Under the pieces are notes generated by a model. The model saw nothing but the letters and a program-made list of their open reading frames with translations, was not told the origin of the DNA and did no database searches. DNA of 64,000 nucleotides, taken from the NCBI GenBank assembly GCA_964016885.1, contig OZ024742.1, forward strand, positions 190,650,001-190,714,000, read 5' to 3'. Shown one piece after another: positions 25,539 through 42,019 of this stretch (the first letter of the stretch is position 1; each line of letters starts with the position of its first letter). The DNA is from Eledone cirrhosa. Lineage: Eukaryota. The translations under genes were made by a program, and so were the position numbers.

Positions 25539-26208
25539 TAAAGTGGTCCTTCATCAGTGATCTTCCAACCATCATCGCTATTTCTTCGCTTTAAAGACCA
25601 TATACCTCCGGTTGGTGCGAGAAACGGCTAAAGAAAGTCGTTGGGACACGTAAATAAAGAAAACAGCGAGAGTGTAAACAAACAAAGATGGTGAAGCAAT
25701 GAAAAGTGAGGAAGAACGAGTCAAGTCCCAAATTTCCATGAATATAAGTTCGGTGAAATCGTGAACGAGAGAGAATAAAGACCGTCAAACCTGGTTGAAA
25801 TGTGAGCAAGGAAGGAATTTCGCACAGGTCTAACGGGAGGAAGAAGGGGTCTAGTCCGTGAATTCGGTGAACATAAGTTCTGTGAAATCGTAGACGAGAA
25901 AGAGAAAAAAGGCGAACCGGCCTGGCCAAGCGTGCGAAAGAAAAGAATTACGCACAGGTCATACGGGAAGAAGGAGGAGGAGGAGAGGTAGTAACAGAGA
26001 GTGAGTGAGTGAAGGGTGAGGAAGAGGCTAACAGAGAGAGTGACTATTAGAGAGGGTAAACATACAGAGAAAGAGGAAGCAGTAAGAACGAAATAGACGG
26101 GTCACAGCGGGGGAAAAAATATGTGTAAATATGAGAATAAACGTGCTGCGGAGTTGCAAATGGGTTACATATGAATAAAGTGGTCCTTCATCAGTGATGT
26201 TCCAACCA
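25536..26208 (-). mobile_element. ~640-bp non-coding element with terminal direct repeat; second copy 60612-61275 (+), diverged relative ~51437-51950
   Basis: GAATAAAGTGGTCCTTCATCAGTGA occurs at both ends and the body matches 60.6-61.3 kb in reverse. It carries CTGATGA but no matching GAAA half. Confidence 0.75.
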
Positions 26209-26224
26209 TATATACATATATATA

Positions 26225-26520
26225 TAAATAAATAAAACATCGGAGATCATATTCAGTCGATTCAGGTTTATTTAAAACTCCGTTATACATATCTCACTGA
26301 GGACTATCAATTATGATAGACAGCTCTTCAGACGGTAAAATCTAAAATAAACATTGGAAGTTCCCAAGAAATAATTAGGAACTTTCGATGTTTATTTTAG
26401 GTTTTGCCGTCTGAGCTCAGGCTATAATAATGGATAGACTTCAGTGAAATAGTTATAACGGACTTTTAAATAAACCTAAATCAACTGAATATTGCTTCCG
26501 ATGTTTTATAAATATATAAT
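26225..26520. repeat. Diverged ~300-bp fold-back with decayed HHR-like motif
   Basis: The arms pair around 26370. CTGAGGA-CTATC-aattat-GATAG at 26298 lacks GAAA. Confidence 0.7.
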
Positions 26521-26662
26521 GAGCCGTCTTGTACCATTTATGCAAGTCGTTGAGCGCTTCTTTTTATCTGCTTCACAACCGACAGACCATGGTGTGATCC
26601 GCACATCCCTTACTCTCTCTCTCTCTTTCCATATATACATACACACACACACACGCACGCAC

Positions 26663-26747
<85 letters not shown>

Positions 26748-26752
26748 ATATA

Positions 26753-26784
<32 letters not shown>

Positions 26785-27044
26785 TATATATATATACGTT
26801 TCTTATGTTATATATATATATCTATATATATATATATATATATATAGTTTTGCGAGGTTTTTGTTATGAAATCGTGTGTCGAAAGCGTGTCGTAAGCGGT
26901 AGGCCGTTTGAGCACTCGATGCGCGTACAGAGCAGAGTATAATATCACATAAGAAACGGAGAATCAGTGTTGCGACAAATAAAATTTATTTTATTCGTCG
27001 CAACACCGATTCCCCGTTTCTTATGTTATATATATATAAATATA

Positions 27045-28238
27045 TATATATCCAAAATTAAATTAAGGTAAGGTTGTCATGTCTGAGAGACATGCGCCAT
27101 ATTCACTGCAGAATAAGCTCAAAGAATAGTTCCGAGCATATATATCAACTAGAAATAGATTGACACATATATATATAAAATAAACACATGAAACAATCTC
27201 AGGGAATAATTTGTAAAGTGTGTAAGCACACATAGCCAGGTAGGTAACTAACTAAAGTTTAACTAGAACTACAAATGTAATTAATAATACCTTTTAAAAT
27301 GATTAATCTCCTTTGTATATATTTCTTTAAATAACAAATAAATTTCACCAATTACTCCGTAAATCACAGCAGTCAAATCCTGGATGGTCACCAAAGGAGA
27401 AGATCCAACCATCTGTGTTTACACAGCTAATGCAAATCTGTGAATGACTCGAACCACGTGTTGCCTTTTATAAAAAATACAGACATCGCCTCGCGTCATC
27501 CCAGTGGCGTGAATAGGATTATCGACAGCTAGAAATAGCAGCCGAGTCCATTCAACTGAATTAACTCTACAATCAAGGGACCGTATATATATCCAACATT
27601 ATATTAAGCTAAGGTTGTCATGTCTAGCGATGTGTGGTTACACACTTTACAAATTATTCCCTGAGATTGTTTCATGTGTTTATTTTATATATATATATGT
27701 GTCAATCTATTTCTAGTTGATATAAAATGCTCGGAACTGTTCTTTGAGCTTATTCTGCAGTGAATATAGCGCATGTCTCTCAGACATGACAACCTTACCT
27801 TAATTTAATTTTGGATATATATACGGCCCCTTGATTGTAGAGCTAATTCAGTTGAATGGACTCGGCTGCTATTTCTAGCTGTCGATAATCCTATTCACGC
27901 CACTGGGATGAGGCGATGCGTTGTCTGTATTTTTTATAAAATGCAACACGTGGTTCGAGTCATTCACAGATTTGCATTGGTTGTGTAAACACAGATGGTT
28001 GGATCTTCTCCTTTGGTGACCATCCAGGATTTGACTGCTGTGATTTACGGAATAATTGGTGAAATATATTTCTTATTTAAAGAAATATATACAAAGGAGA
28101 TTAATCATTTTAAAAGGTATCTACATTTGAAGTTCTAGTTACCTACCTAGCTATGTCTGCTTACACACTTTATAAATTATTCCCTGAGATTGTTTCATGT
28201 GTTTATTGTATATATATATGTGTCAATCTATTTGTAGT

Positions 28239-28241
<3 letters not shown>
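27045..28241. repeat. Fold-back of a ~523-bp tandem unit; the two arms are circular permutations of each other
   Basis: The plus arm repeats CACACTTT..ATTCCCTGAG at ~27641 and ~28164. The minus arm begins and ends at GGTTGTCATG (27072, 27613). Confidence 0.8.
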
Positions 28242-28277
<36 letters not shown>

Positions 28278-28282
<5 letters not shown>

Positions 28283-28704
28283 ATACTTAGGGAGGGTCAT
28301 ATTGTTGTAATAATATTGCCAGAATTAATAACAGAACACACTCACTGTTTGGTTGGTTTTCGCTTCTGTATCTTTTATATCAGTTAATTTAATTTATTGG
28401 GTCCTCAATGTTTACCATTGACTGACTAACGGTCAAAAATACAGATATAATATAGACACAAACACATATATATAGTCTAACAATGATGTGCAACGAAGAA
28501 CTTTGTCAAAATATATATATGTGTTTGTGTCTATATTATATCTGTAATTTTGACCGTTGGTCAGTCAATGGTAAACATTGAGGACCGAATAAATTAACTG
28601 ATATAAAAGATTCAGAAGCGAAAACCAACCAAACAGTGAGTGTGTTCTGTTACTAATTCTTGCAATATTTTTACAACAATAGGACCCTCCTCAAGTATAA
28701 CAAT
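28278..28704. mobile_element. PLE family A 3'-terminal fold-back (~210-bp arms)
   Basis: TTGTTATACTTAGGGAGGG ... CCCTCCTCAAGTATAACAA, turning at ~28485 within the HHR stem II sequence. Confidence 0.85.
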
Positions 28705-28719
28705 ATATATATATATATT

Positions 28720-28758
<39 letters not shown>

Positions 28759-28922
28759 AACATAAGAAACGGAGAATCGGTGTTGCAACGAATAAAATAA
28801 ATTTTATTCCTCGCAACACTGATTCTCCGTTTCTTATGTGATATTATACTCTGCTCTGTAAGGGCATCGAGTGTTCAAACGGCTTACCGCTTACGGACGC
28901 TTTAAGCATCTCACACCAATTA

Positions 28923-29000
<78 letters not shown>

Positions 29001-29580
29001 ATATAGTTTTTTTTATATGTTTGAGGAGATACATAATTTGGGGTCTCAAAAACCGATTCAGCAGAAAGCAGATAATTATTTCTCATATCAAGTTAGAGTT
29101 TCAGAAACGGAAGCAACCGGTGGAATGGCATAGCATAGTATTGTTAATCCTGTTGAGATTCAAACAGAGAGGGAAAAGGGCATGAGTGTTGCACTTGTTC
29201 AATCAACGCAACCTTCTTCTTCTTCTTCTTCTTCTTCTTCTTCTGATGTTTACCCAGTTTTACTCACAAGGCACAGATTAACGTCAAGCTATGTTACACG
29301 GCTTTTGCCCAAGATGGAAGCCGAAACCATATTGTTGTGAAGCGAACTTCTTAATTACCCGGCAATCCAACGTCCATTCGGACACAAGAGAGAGAAAGAG
29401 AGAGAGAAAGTGAGAGAAAGAGAGGGTGAGAGAGAGAGAGGGAGAGAGAGGAAAGTAAAATTATTCTGAAATTGTTAAATAAGACCACACTCCTTCACAC
29501 CATCGCGTTTACAACTTATTGCATACTAAAACATATGCATACGTGTTTGTGAAGAGCTGTTCCTGTTAGCACGACCATTG

Positions 29581-29637
<57 letters not shown>

Positions 29638-29922
29638 GTTGAATATCGCCAACTTTTTGCAAGTTTATTTTAATGTATCTGTTTATTTCAATTTTATTTA
29701 AAACATATTTTATATATTTTTATTTCCTTTGTTATACTGTCAACAAATTTCCCCAGAACTGAAGAAAGAAGAAGACGAAAGATGCCTGCAGTCGAGAATA
29801 AGCATTGTTCTGGCATGAATTCACTAACACTCTTTTGCTCTCTTTCTCACCCCTCTCTCGGCCTCTCTTTCCCTCTCTCAGCCTCTCTTTCCCTCTCTCT
29901 CTGTCTTTTTATATATATATAT

Positions 29923-30010
<88 letters not shown>

Positions 30011-30149
30011 GTGAAAATGTATATATATATACTATATATATGAATATAAAATATATATATATGAAAATGTATATATATGTACAGTATATATGAATATATA
30101 TATATATATAATCATTATTATAATATATATATGTATATGAATAAATATG

Positions 30150-30214
<65 letters not shown>

Positions 30215-30326
30215 ATAAATTTGTGAAAAGTAGAAATATAACCGTCATAAAAATTAGTTTTGCGTCTATTCATATTACTCATCACATCTTCTTCTTCTTG
30301 AAAGGATCAGCCGAATGCATACACAC

Positions 30327-30368
<42 letters not shown>

Positions 30369-30403
30369 ATACGCGCAAAGATTCATGCACCCATATAATA
30401 TAT

Positions 30404-30453
<50 letters not shown>

Positions 30454-30472
30454 GTATGTGTGTGTGTGCATG

Positions 30473-30503
<31 letters not shown>

Positions 30504-31049
30504 AACCCTACTACTTCATTTTTCATTAATATTAAGATATTAAATATCATTGTGTTTCTCTTGCAATTGTTGCGCCATTTTATTTGCTACTTTTTGCTAA
30601 CGTTATTCTCACGTCACAGTTTTTATCACCATATTCCCCACTTATCTCACTTCCTTTCATTTTCTCTACACCTCAAATCCTTCTCTTTTTGCATTCCTCC
30701 ATCCTTCCTCCTTCCTGGGCTTCATTGATTTTCACAATATTTTTGATTATATCTGACGTTTCTCAACTATTTCTCTTCATACATTCATGTCCGCTCTCCT
30801 TTCTCGTTTTTGCCCTCTTGCTCTCTTCTTTCTCTGATTACAACGATTTCTTTAGTTCGTACCCTCGTTCCTATTTTTGTAACTTATTTTATTACTAAAG
30901 TTTTCTATACAATTCTTTCCTATCGCGTTATATTCTTTTCCGCTTTTCTATTTGCTTACATTTTTCTCACTTTTTACTTCCCATAAATCCTTGTTTGTCT
31001 ATCTGTCTATCTATCCATCTATCCATCTATCGATCTATTTATCTGTAAG

Positions 31050-31114
<65 letters not shown>

Positions 31115-31380
31115 ACATCTATCTATCTATTTTATCGCTTTTTTGTTATCTCGTTCAAGTTATGTGTTATTCATTATTTCAGTAGTTATCTCTTTACTTG
31201 CATGCCAACAAACATACATGCATAGATATGTATATACACAAACCGAAACCACTTGGCGCTGCGGTCGGGATTTTACACATACATACAGACGCACACACAT
31301 ACACACCGAGACACACCCACATACATACCCAGACAAACATACGCGCACGGACACACACACACACACACACACACACACCG

Positions 31381-31487
<107 letters not shown>

Positions 31488-31693
31488 GCCGATCACTGTG
31501 TATTTTAGAAAATCTATATTTTCACCAGCTCTGACAGTTGGCACGTAAACAGTATACTATACTGATGAAGGGTAATCCCCCAGAAATATTAGTATCTGCA
31601 GTTCAGTTTACATGTCAACACAAGAGCAAGAGTGACGAGTTCATTCTACTGACATGACTTTAAGGCGGCTGTTTGCATAATAGTAAACGAATC

Positions 31694-31876
31694 GAATTGG
31701 CAGTATCGGTAGAGGGTTGGACAACATGCTTTGACGCATGGAGTTACGGCCCTTGCCATTCTGAGTTCAAATCGCGCCATGGTTAACTTTGCCTTTCATC
31801 CTTACGGGGTCGATAAAATAAGGCACCAGTAATACATTGGGTAATTTGCTGGCCTTTTGCCAAAAGTATAAACAAT
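31694..31876 (+). mobile_element. tRNA-derived SINE
   Basis: A-box-like TGGCAGTATCGG, B-box GAGTTCAAATC, and family body. Confidence 0.8.
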
Positions 31877-31943
31877 TATTAATATTCGAAAAACTCAGAT
31901 TACATTTATTGTATTCACCCATGTAGAGCGATAAACTATTTAT

Positions 31944-32049
<106 letters not shown>

Positions 32050-32517
32050 TCCTCTCCACGTTTCCTTTATATGACTTTATCTCTGAATTTTCTTTTTGTT
32101 TAAATCGACTATCCCCAATCTTTATCATATATCTTAATCCTCACTTCTATTATCTATCTCTTTAATTCATGTCTTGAGACAACCCACTTTCTCATCAATC
32201 TTCGTATTTTAAACTCTCATTTTAGCAACCCGTCTCTTCTATCATGTTCTAAACTTTTCCTCTCCTACTCTCTGTACATCAGCAACTAAGGAAAATTTAC
32301 AATGAAGTTAACAACAACACCACATCATGCCTCAGAACATGTCAATTCATGAACAGTCATTGGATGTTCAAGTGATTTTATGCAGAAGCATAAGCAGACG
32401 TTGCAAAATACATACAAAACAATATAGAGACAAGCCGGATCTATATGTACGCCACATGGTTTACCCCTCCACCATCTCTCTATATATATGTGTATGTATT
32501 CATATATACATATATAG

Positions 32518-32585
<68 letters not shown>

Positions 32586-32648
32586 GTATATCTCATCCAT
32601 ATTCTTCTTCTTCTTCTTCTTCTTCTTCTTCTTCTTCTTCTTCTTCTT

Positions 32649-32740
<92 letters not shown>

Positions 32741-32741
32741 C

Positions 32742-32773
<32 letters not shown>

Positions 32774-33229
32774 GTATGTAGATGTATATATATATATGTA
32801 TATATTATATTATATTATTTCTAGTGAACTTTTATGAAAGAAATTTAAACTCTGTAAAGATATGTGACTACGTTAAAGGTACATACGTTCTTCAACCTTC
32901 TCTGGCAGAGAGAATACAATATCTAATCTAAGGAAGAATATTATTTCATTGATACACGAAGACACCAAACTTCATGTTTGTCGCAGTTAGTTACCCTCTA
33001 GACACAAGATTCTCGTCTAAAATCATACAAAAAACTCTTTGTTACCAAATGAAAGACGTTGAAACTAAGCATTTCGCAAACTTATTGGTACATGCTTATA
33101 GGACTGATGTATAAAACTTTGACATACATGTTAATGCAAGACTTATTCGTATGCATATCTATCTATCTATCTATATCTCTCTCTCTCTATATATATATAT
33201 ATATTCACACACACATACAGACACACAAA

Positions 33230-33339
<110 letters not shown>

Positions 33340-33531
33340 ATAAGGAGCAGGATAGAAGCATCAATATAACATTAGCATATTTTCCACATGTGAGGCCCGT
33401 TTCGCAATCGAACAGCTCAATCTACGATACATATATTAGCACTGAATGCTCGAACTGGTGAACCATCTGTAACTAAACATTACATATCGTTGATTACATA
33501 TATATATATATACATACACATACACACACAC

Positions 33532-33574
<43 letters not shown>

Positions 33575-34111
33575 GGGTCTATGGGAGTGAGGGAGAGAGG
33601 GTGTGCGAGTATATATACTGCGATGTATGTATGTGGCCGTGTGGGTGTCTGCGCATGGAGACGTACGAGTGTGAATGCACAGATAGGTATGTGTCTGAAT
33701 ATGTGTGTGTTATTGTGTGTTTATTCTAGTATGTATGGGTGCTTACCCTGAAGTGTGAGCAGACGTGTGTAGTACTGAACCCAGCATGACTCCATTGAAA
33801 TGTGTCGGACGGAAAATGGTTGATGAACTGTGTGGCAACAGATACTGACCAGAACTTGTGATGGCGTGGAGTAAAAACAGCCAATGGCATGACAAGAGTG
33901 GATAGAGGGTTTTTTGAGGGTGTTGTTTTGATGACAACACCCCAGTGATAAAATTTGCTCTGGACATAACACCCTGTCTGAAAGAACCCGCAGAAGTAGA
34001 ATCAGCCAGTTCCATACAAGGACCAGGACTCGAGCTACATGCCGGCGAAACATTTGTCACACGAAATAAACTAAGTCCAGATGCATCACTGATTTTTCGT
34101 TTTCTTTATAA

Positions 34112-34174
<63 letters not shown>

Positions 34175-34233
34175 GTGAGGTTTTTTTTACAAAATGAAAA
34201 ATAACAGAGGTGTCCTACACGAGTGAAAGTATA

Positions 34234-34530
34234 AAGAAAAAAAGATGAAATCGAAAATGCAACTGGAGTCTTATTTAAAAAAAAATATATATATATTTAT
34301 TTGGTTCCTTTACCGGTTTCGCAGTTCTTCTGCTTTTCAAAAGTAGAGTTGAGATGGAGTGTCTGTGGTTTTTCTCACATCTGTGAGAAAAACCACAGAC
34401 ACTCCATCTCAACTCTACTTTTGAAAAGCAGAAGAACTGCGAAACCGGTAAAGGAACCAAATAAATATATATATTTAAAAAAAAAAATAAGACTCCAGTT
34501 GCATTTTCGATTTCATCTTTTTTTCTTTAT
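34234..34530. repeat. Near-perfect ~295-bp palindrome containing an HHR 3' half (GAAA-CCGG-TA at 34441)
   Basis: Centre ..TTTTTCTCACA tc TGTGAGAAAAA.. at ~34380. Mirror ORFs 34275-34460 and 34301+. Confidence 0.9.
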
Positions 34531-34597
34531 ATATATATATATATATGCATATATATTGATAAACATGGTGGGTCCATCACCTCATTATTATATATTA

Positions 34598-34635
<38 letters not shown>

Positions 34636-34643
34636 TAATATAT

Positions 34644-34828
34644 AATTGTTTCTACTTTAGGCACAAGGCCACCAATTACCCAGTGCATTACTGGTACTTT
34701 ATTTTATCGACCCCGTAAGGATGAAAGGCAAAGTTAACCTCGGCCGGATTTGAACTCAGATCGTAAAGGGACGTAACTATGCTGGAAAGCATGTCCGACG
34801 CTCTACCGATACTGCCAATTCACCGCCC
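34644..34828 (-). mobile_element. tRNA-derived SINE, well preserved
   Basis: Reverse complement of the copy at 37267-37444, with A and B boxes present. Confidence 0.85.
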
Positions 34829-35333
34829 TATATAATAAAGATTTGATGGACCCACCATATTTACCAATGCCAGGATCGGTTGTATCTCAGTGTACTCAAT
34901 ATGTAATGTAGGATACAATCCTAGATTACACAAATAGTTATTCGCTTCAATACAACACACGTAAAACAGTTGCCTATACTAGTTCCCGGACTCGGTATTA
35001 CAGTGAATTACTGGTTTTGGTATCAAATCAAGTAATCTATGCACAGGCAGAGTATATATGTATAATAGAAATAAACGAGGAAGTTTCGTTTACATGTGAA
35101 CAAATATTTATTGTGTATAGACCTGCGCGTTTCGCAGATGATTGGTTTTTTTCTATCACATCACCACTTTGACGAGCATATCGATACTGGAGTCGGGTCC
35201 ATAACTCCTATGGGTTAGCTTGAGCCAACTTTGAGCCAATCCTCTTCGAAACGCGCGCAACAGGTCGATACACTATAACTATTTTTCATTTGTAAATGAA
35301 ACTTACTCGTTTTTTTCTATTATATATATATAG

Positions 35334-35384
<51 letters not shown>

Positions 35385-35484
35385 ATATATATATGTAAGT
35401 ATGTATGTACTAAGTGCCGTACTAAGAGTGAGAAATGAAATTTCATTTCATTCTATTTCATTATATATATATATATATATATAT

Positions 35485-37125
<1,641 letters not shown>

Positions 37126-37266
37126 AGAGAAATGAATAAAGAATAACCAATATTTAAATTAAATTATTCAATTGAGTGGCGAACATTTCGATCATTATAA
37201 CACCAATATTAATTCCTGTTATAATAGTTTCTTCAGAATCTATTAAATAACATTAATATTAACATT

Positions 37267-37444
37267 TGGCAGTATCGGTAGAGAGTCAGACGCCATGCTT
37301 TCCAGCATAGTTACGTCCCTTAACGATCTGAGTTCAAATCCCGCCGAGGTTAACTTTGCCCTTCATCCTTACGGGGTCGATAAAATAAAGTACCAGTAAT
37401 GCACTGGTTAATTGTTGGCCTTGTGCCAAAAAGTAGAAACAATT
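37267..37444 (+). mobile_element. tRNA-derived SINE, well preserved
   Basis: TGGCAGTATCGGTAGAG...GAGTTCAAATCCCGCCGAGG...AAGTAGAAACAATT. Confidence 0.85.
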
Positions 37445-37654
37445 AATATTAACATATACATGTCCATACAACAATCACTGAAGTCCCAAAATATAACCAA
37501 ATTCAAATACTTTTGAAATAAACTCTGAACTGTCTCTTACATATGTTGCTGTCGACTATAAAATCTATATAAAATAAAATCTATTCCATTAATGTCTACA
37601 TTTTTTTAGTAGTCTTCACGTTCAGGTACAGTTTTACCAAGAATCCAACACTTA

Positions 37655-37857
37655 GTATTCCATCGGGCACGATTGTTCCATTTGATACGATGAATGGAAC
37701 TGCCAGCTCGTGGTATAAACGATTAACGTGCAAGTGACTGATCATTTTAAAGACACGTGTCGCGTACGAATAACGTATTCCTCGGGGAGATTCAGCAGGA
37801 CAGAGAATGTGACAAGGCTAACCCTTTGAAATACTGACACAACTCATTTTTGGTAGA
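37655..37857 (-). mobile_element. Second SINE family (CORE-type), 3' part
   Basis: GGGGAGATTCAGC..GTGACAAGG is the reverse complement of the body of the 39.4-kb copy. Fragments also at ~7255-7330, 44810-44875 and 53155-53230. Confidence 0.6.
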
Positions 37858-38322
37858 TAAGAAAGTGCCACCGCGAAACATACTTATGATCATGAGCAGA
37901 ATTCACTAACCCTTACTCTATGTGCCTTAACTTTACCCAGAATAATCAACACAATTCTATCAAATTGGAGTTTTTCATCCATCTGTCCTTTATATGCTTT
38001 CTATTTTCTTTGATACCCATTTCTCTTGCTCAACTCAACAATTTTTTCTCTCCCTTTTTTTTTCAGACAGGAGATATTTTGAATAAGATATAGGTTTATT
38101 GTTACATAAACATAATAGTTTGAGCACGTTTGGCTCGTTATCTAAAAATCTGCAATACCTTTGTTATGTATGTATGCATGTACACACACACACACATATC
38201 TCTCTATATATATTATATATCTAATATATAAATACATAACGTATATATATTTTTATATATGAATATAAATATTAATATATATATATATATCATACAAATA
38301 TATTATATATCTAATACATAAA

Positions 38323-38363
<41 letters not shown>

Positions 38364-38460
38364 TATAAATATTAATATATATATCATATATATATATATA
38401 AATATAAATATAAATAAATATATATACATATATATAAATGTATATATATATGCATATATA

Positions 38461-38510
<50 letters not shown>

Positions 38511-38922
38511 CATATGCGTGTATATGTGGGGGTGAGTGTGTGTGTATGTGTTTGAGTGAGTGCGTGTGTGTGTGTATACATTATTTTATTCCTTTACTGG
38601 TTTCAGTTACTCTGTAGAGTATTAATATAGTTACTATTTTTTTTTTATTCGGTGTGTGTGAGTGTTCTCTAAAACTTACCAGATATTCATAGCTTCAAAC
38701 CCTTTCTGACATATTTATAACATAACATCATATACAATATCGATATAGCAATAGATAATACATGATGTATAATACATTAGGCAAAAATAACAGAAAATAA
38801 ATAATGATATAAATATATAATTTCGTTTGAAGTTATTTGTGTTCATATTCAGTATGGTCAATAAATTTCTCATAGGGTGTGTATTTTACTTACTATCATT
38901 AGCTTTTTTTGTTTTTGGTCCT

Positions 38923-38951
38923 GTTGTTGTTATTGCTGCTGCTGCTGCTGC

Positions 38952-39000
<49 letters not shown>

Positions 39001-39092
39001 CTTCTTCTTCTTCTTCTTCTTCTTCTTCTTCTTCTTCTTCTTCTTCTTCTTCTTCTTCTTCTTCTTCGTCTTCTTCTTCTTCTTCTTCTTCT
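38923..39092. repeat. Compound trinucleotide microsatellite (TGC)n(TTG)n(TTC)n
   Basis: Direct reading. One of dozens of (TA)n, (CA)n, (GA)n, (TAG)n, (TTC)n and (TATC)n tracts. Confidence 0.95.
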
Positions 39093-39200
39093 TTTTCAAA
39101 CATTGCTGGACTTGTGCCTAAAGCAAAAATCATTATCATTATTATTACTTATATTCTAGTAGCAGTAGTAGTATCATCACAATTAGTAATATTAGTATTT

Positions 39201-39235
<35 letters not shown>

Positions 39236-39367
39236 CGTAGTACTAGTAGCAGCCATGTTGTTATTGAACACGTGGGCTACAAAACCGAATGTTATTCAGT
39301 GTGCCATATCTACAGAAGTAGATTTCTTCTAGTGTTTTTTTATCTGTGTTGTATTTGCATAATGTGA

Positions 39368-39620
39368 AGGTGCGTCTTCAATGTTTAGTGTTCTCGACTC
39401 ACAATCGTATGGTCGAGAGTTCAATTCCCGGTGACGTGTCGTGTTTTTGAGTAAGGCATGGCATTTCATGCTTCCCCATCCTCTCATCTGCACAAAAAGA
39501 AGCTGTACTTGCATTTCAACACCCACTGTGTCACGCTGAATCTCCCTCAGAATTATGTTCAGTGTACACTGTTCTGTTAGTCAGATGACTGGAAACTGAT
39601 CGTTGCAAATGACGGAGATC
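39368..39620 (+). mobile_element. tRNA-head CORE-type SINE, degenerate
   Basis: B-box GAGTTCAATTCCC followed by CORE-like GTGTTTTTGAGTAAGGCA. Confidence 0.6.
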
Positions 39621-40048
39621 CAACAACAACAATACATAAGTATTGATATTTTCTATACGTTGTAGTATATATGTATGTATTCCGGTTTTATGTAAACATG
39701 TGTATATGTGATGTTCAGATTTTGAATATATATGTGTGTATGTGTGCAATCGTGTGTATGTGTGTGTATAGTGTGTATATATGTGTGTATGGTGTGTGTG
39801 TGTTAATGTTAATATATTTGCTTGAATAGTTTTAATCAATCCAGAAGCATCTATTATGTTTCAAAACGCCTTCTTCTTCTTCTTCTTCTTCTTCTTCTTC
39901 TTCTTCTTCTTCTTCTTCTTCTTCTTCTTCTTCTTCTTCTTCTTCTTCTTCTTCTTCTTCTTCTTCTTCTTCTTCTTCTTCTTCTTCTTTCTATGTGTAT
40001 ATAGAGGCACACATTTAACCGGCTGTAGAAGTAATTTTTTATTCAGAA

Positions 40049-40085
<37 letters not shown>

Positions 40086-41673
40086 CATATATATATTTCT
40101 GGGTGTGTGTATGAAATGTATATGTATGTTTGTATGTTTGTATGTGCATGTATGGCTATATGTCTAGAGAAGAAAAGTGTTTAGTCATTAGTATCATAAA
40201 TTAAAAATTACTAAAGAACTATGACAGATATTTTGAAAACGTCTGAAATTATATATTTTTCCAACCTCTTTCCCTCTCGCCGTTGGCTCTAGGTCGCTTA
40301 CGTTTGTAAGCAAAGACAAGAATTTTCCTGATATTAGCTGAAAATGTCATCTTATTGGCGATCAGTGATGCAAAGATAACTGATCGACTAGACTCGATAT
40401 CGAATATTAATAATAATACAAAATAGCAGATAGTAATATCCTTTAGAAATTGCTAGAAATTGTCCAATTAAGCAGCGGTATCAATAAAACCTTGCAAGCG
40501 TCGCCACCGACCGCTTCAAGCAAATTGCACATCACTAACACTTAACACATTTCCTTCTTATGTTTCTGTTCTTTCATCTTTTATCAAATTATTTCAACGT
40601 TTTACACCAACCTTTTATGAATTACGATATATTCATGTATAAGAGATAGTTGTTATAATTCATTATAACCGAGATATTACAGCTGTATTACATTAGTGGT
40701 GACAGCTGCTGTTATATGAAAACTATACAATATACGGCAGACGATATTCCATTATATTTTACAACAGTAAAATGAATGTTTGTCATATTTAGATAACAGG
40801 ATATTTCTTTTTTATTGAATCATAAGAAATTGTTAAGATATACAACCAACACGTTTTCATTATCGTCGAGAAATGTGATGAAAACTGCTTGCTTGCTCTC
40901 GATATCAGCAAATCTCTCGAACTTGTCCTTGTTAGGATTCGTCTGATGGAGTAGCACGACAATTTGATCCATAAGTCTCCCTACTCTTTGATAGATAGCT
41001 TACTGTCAGGTAACCTTATCATGGCGTTTGCTGGTAGGATCTTCCATTCTAGTGCATGCAACATTTAGGTTTTTACTTTACAAAATTGACCATATATACT
41101 GTCGACTCTAGTAGATCCCAAGTTTAGATTTTAAATTTACTCGATTTATCGTATACATCAGCGGCCAACTTAACATCTACAAGAACAAGATTTCCTCCTA
41201 CATATATGTTACTACACTGTATTACTCCTTAAACACTCTTACGTTACAGTCAACCTAAGAATTTACATCTGATCTTCACCCTCTCCACGGACATATCGTC
41301 TATATAGAGTCATGACAATTTTGTCTCTATGAACAGTGAAGAAAGAATTAAAGTGAGAAAGATTTACTGAGCTACCTAAATTGGAACGCTAACGATCACT
41401 ACGATTGCGAAGTCAAGAGTATCTATACTCTCGAACACATATCTTCTACAAAGAAAATAAAAACTGTATTGCAAAATCATACATACCAATTGAGATTCAC
41501 GGTAATTGGAATGGGCTAGAAGAAGAGTCAGCATCTCTATTGTTCAGATGTTGGATAATTTGGTAAGTGACGAGTGAATTCTTTGAATCTCAATTGGTAT
41601 ATATGTTTTTGCAATACAGTGTTTTTATTTACTTTGTAGAAGATATGTGTTCGAGAGTAGAGTGAATGAATGA

Positions 41674-41704
<31 letters not shown>

Positions 41705-41905
41705 GTGTGTGTGTGTATGGGGGGGGGGGGAGAATTTCTCCTCACACCTTGCTTGTGTTTCTAATACATCACTGATATGGTGTGAGGTGACATGCATGCA
41801 TGGGCGAGTGGTGGTCTCCCACAAGAACAGGGTGTGCGGGCTTTTTTCCTCAGATGGAAACATTCCAGTTGCAAAATCCCAGAGTCATTCATGACCGTAG
41901 GAAGT

Positions 41906-41967
<62 letters not shown>

Positions 41968-42019
41968 GTAGGAGGTGAGTTTTATTGTACTACAATAAAG
42001 CAATGCAGATATCGGATAA

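Noticed and set aside
37267-37350. tRNA gene suggested by A/B boxes
   Set aside because: No cloverleaf. It continues into a repeated SINE body.
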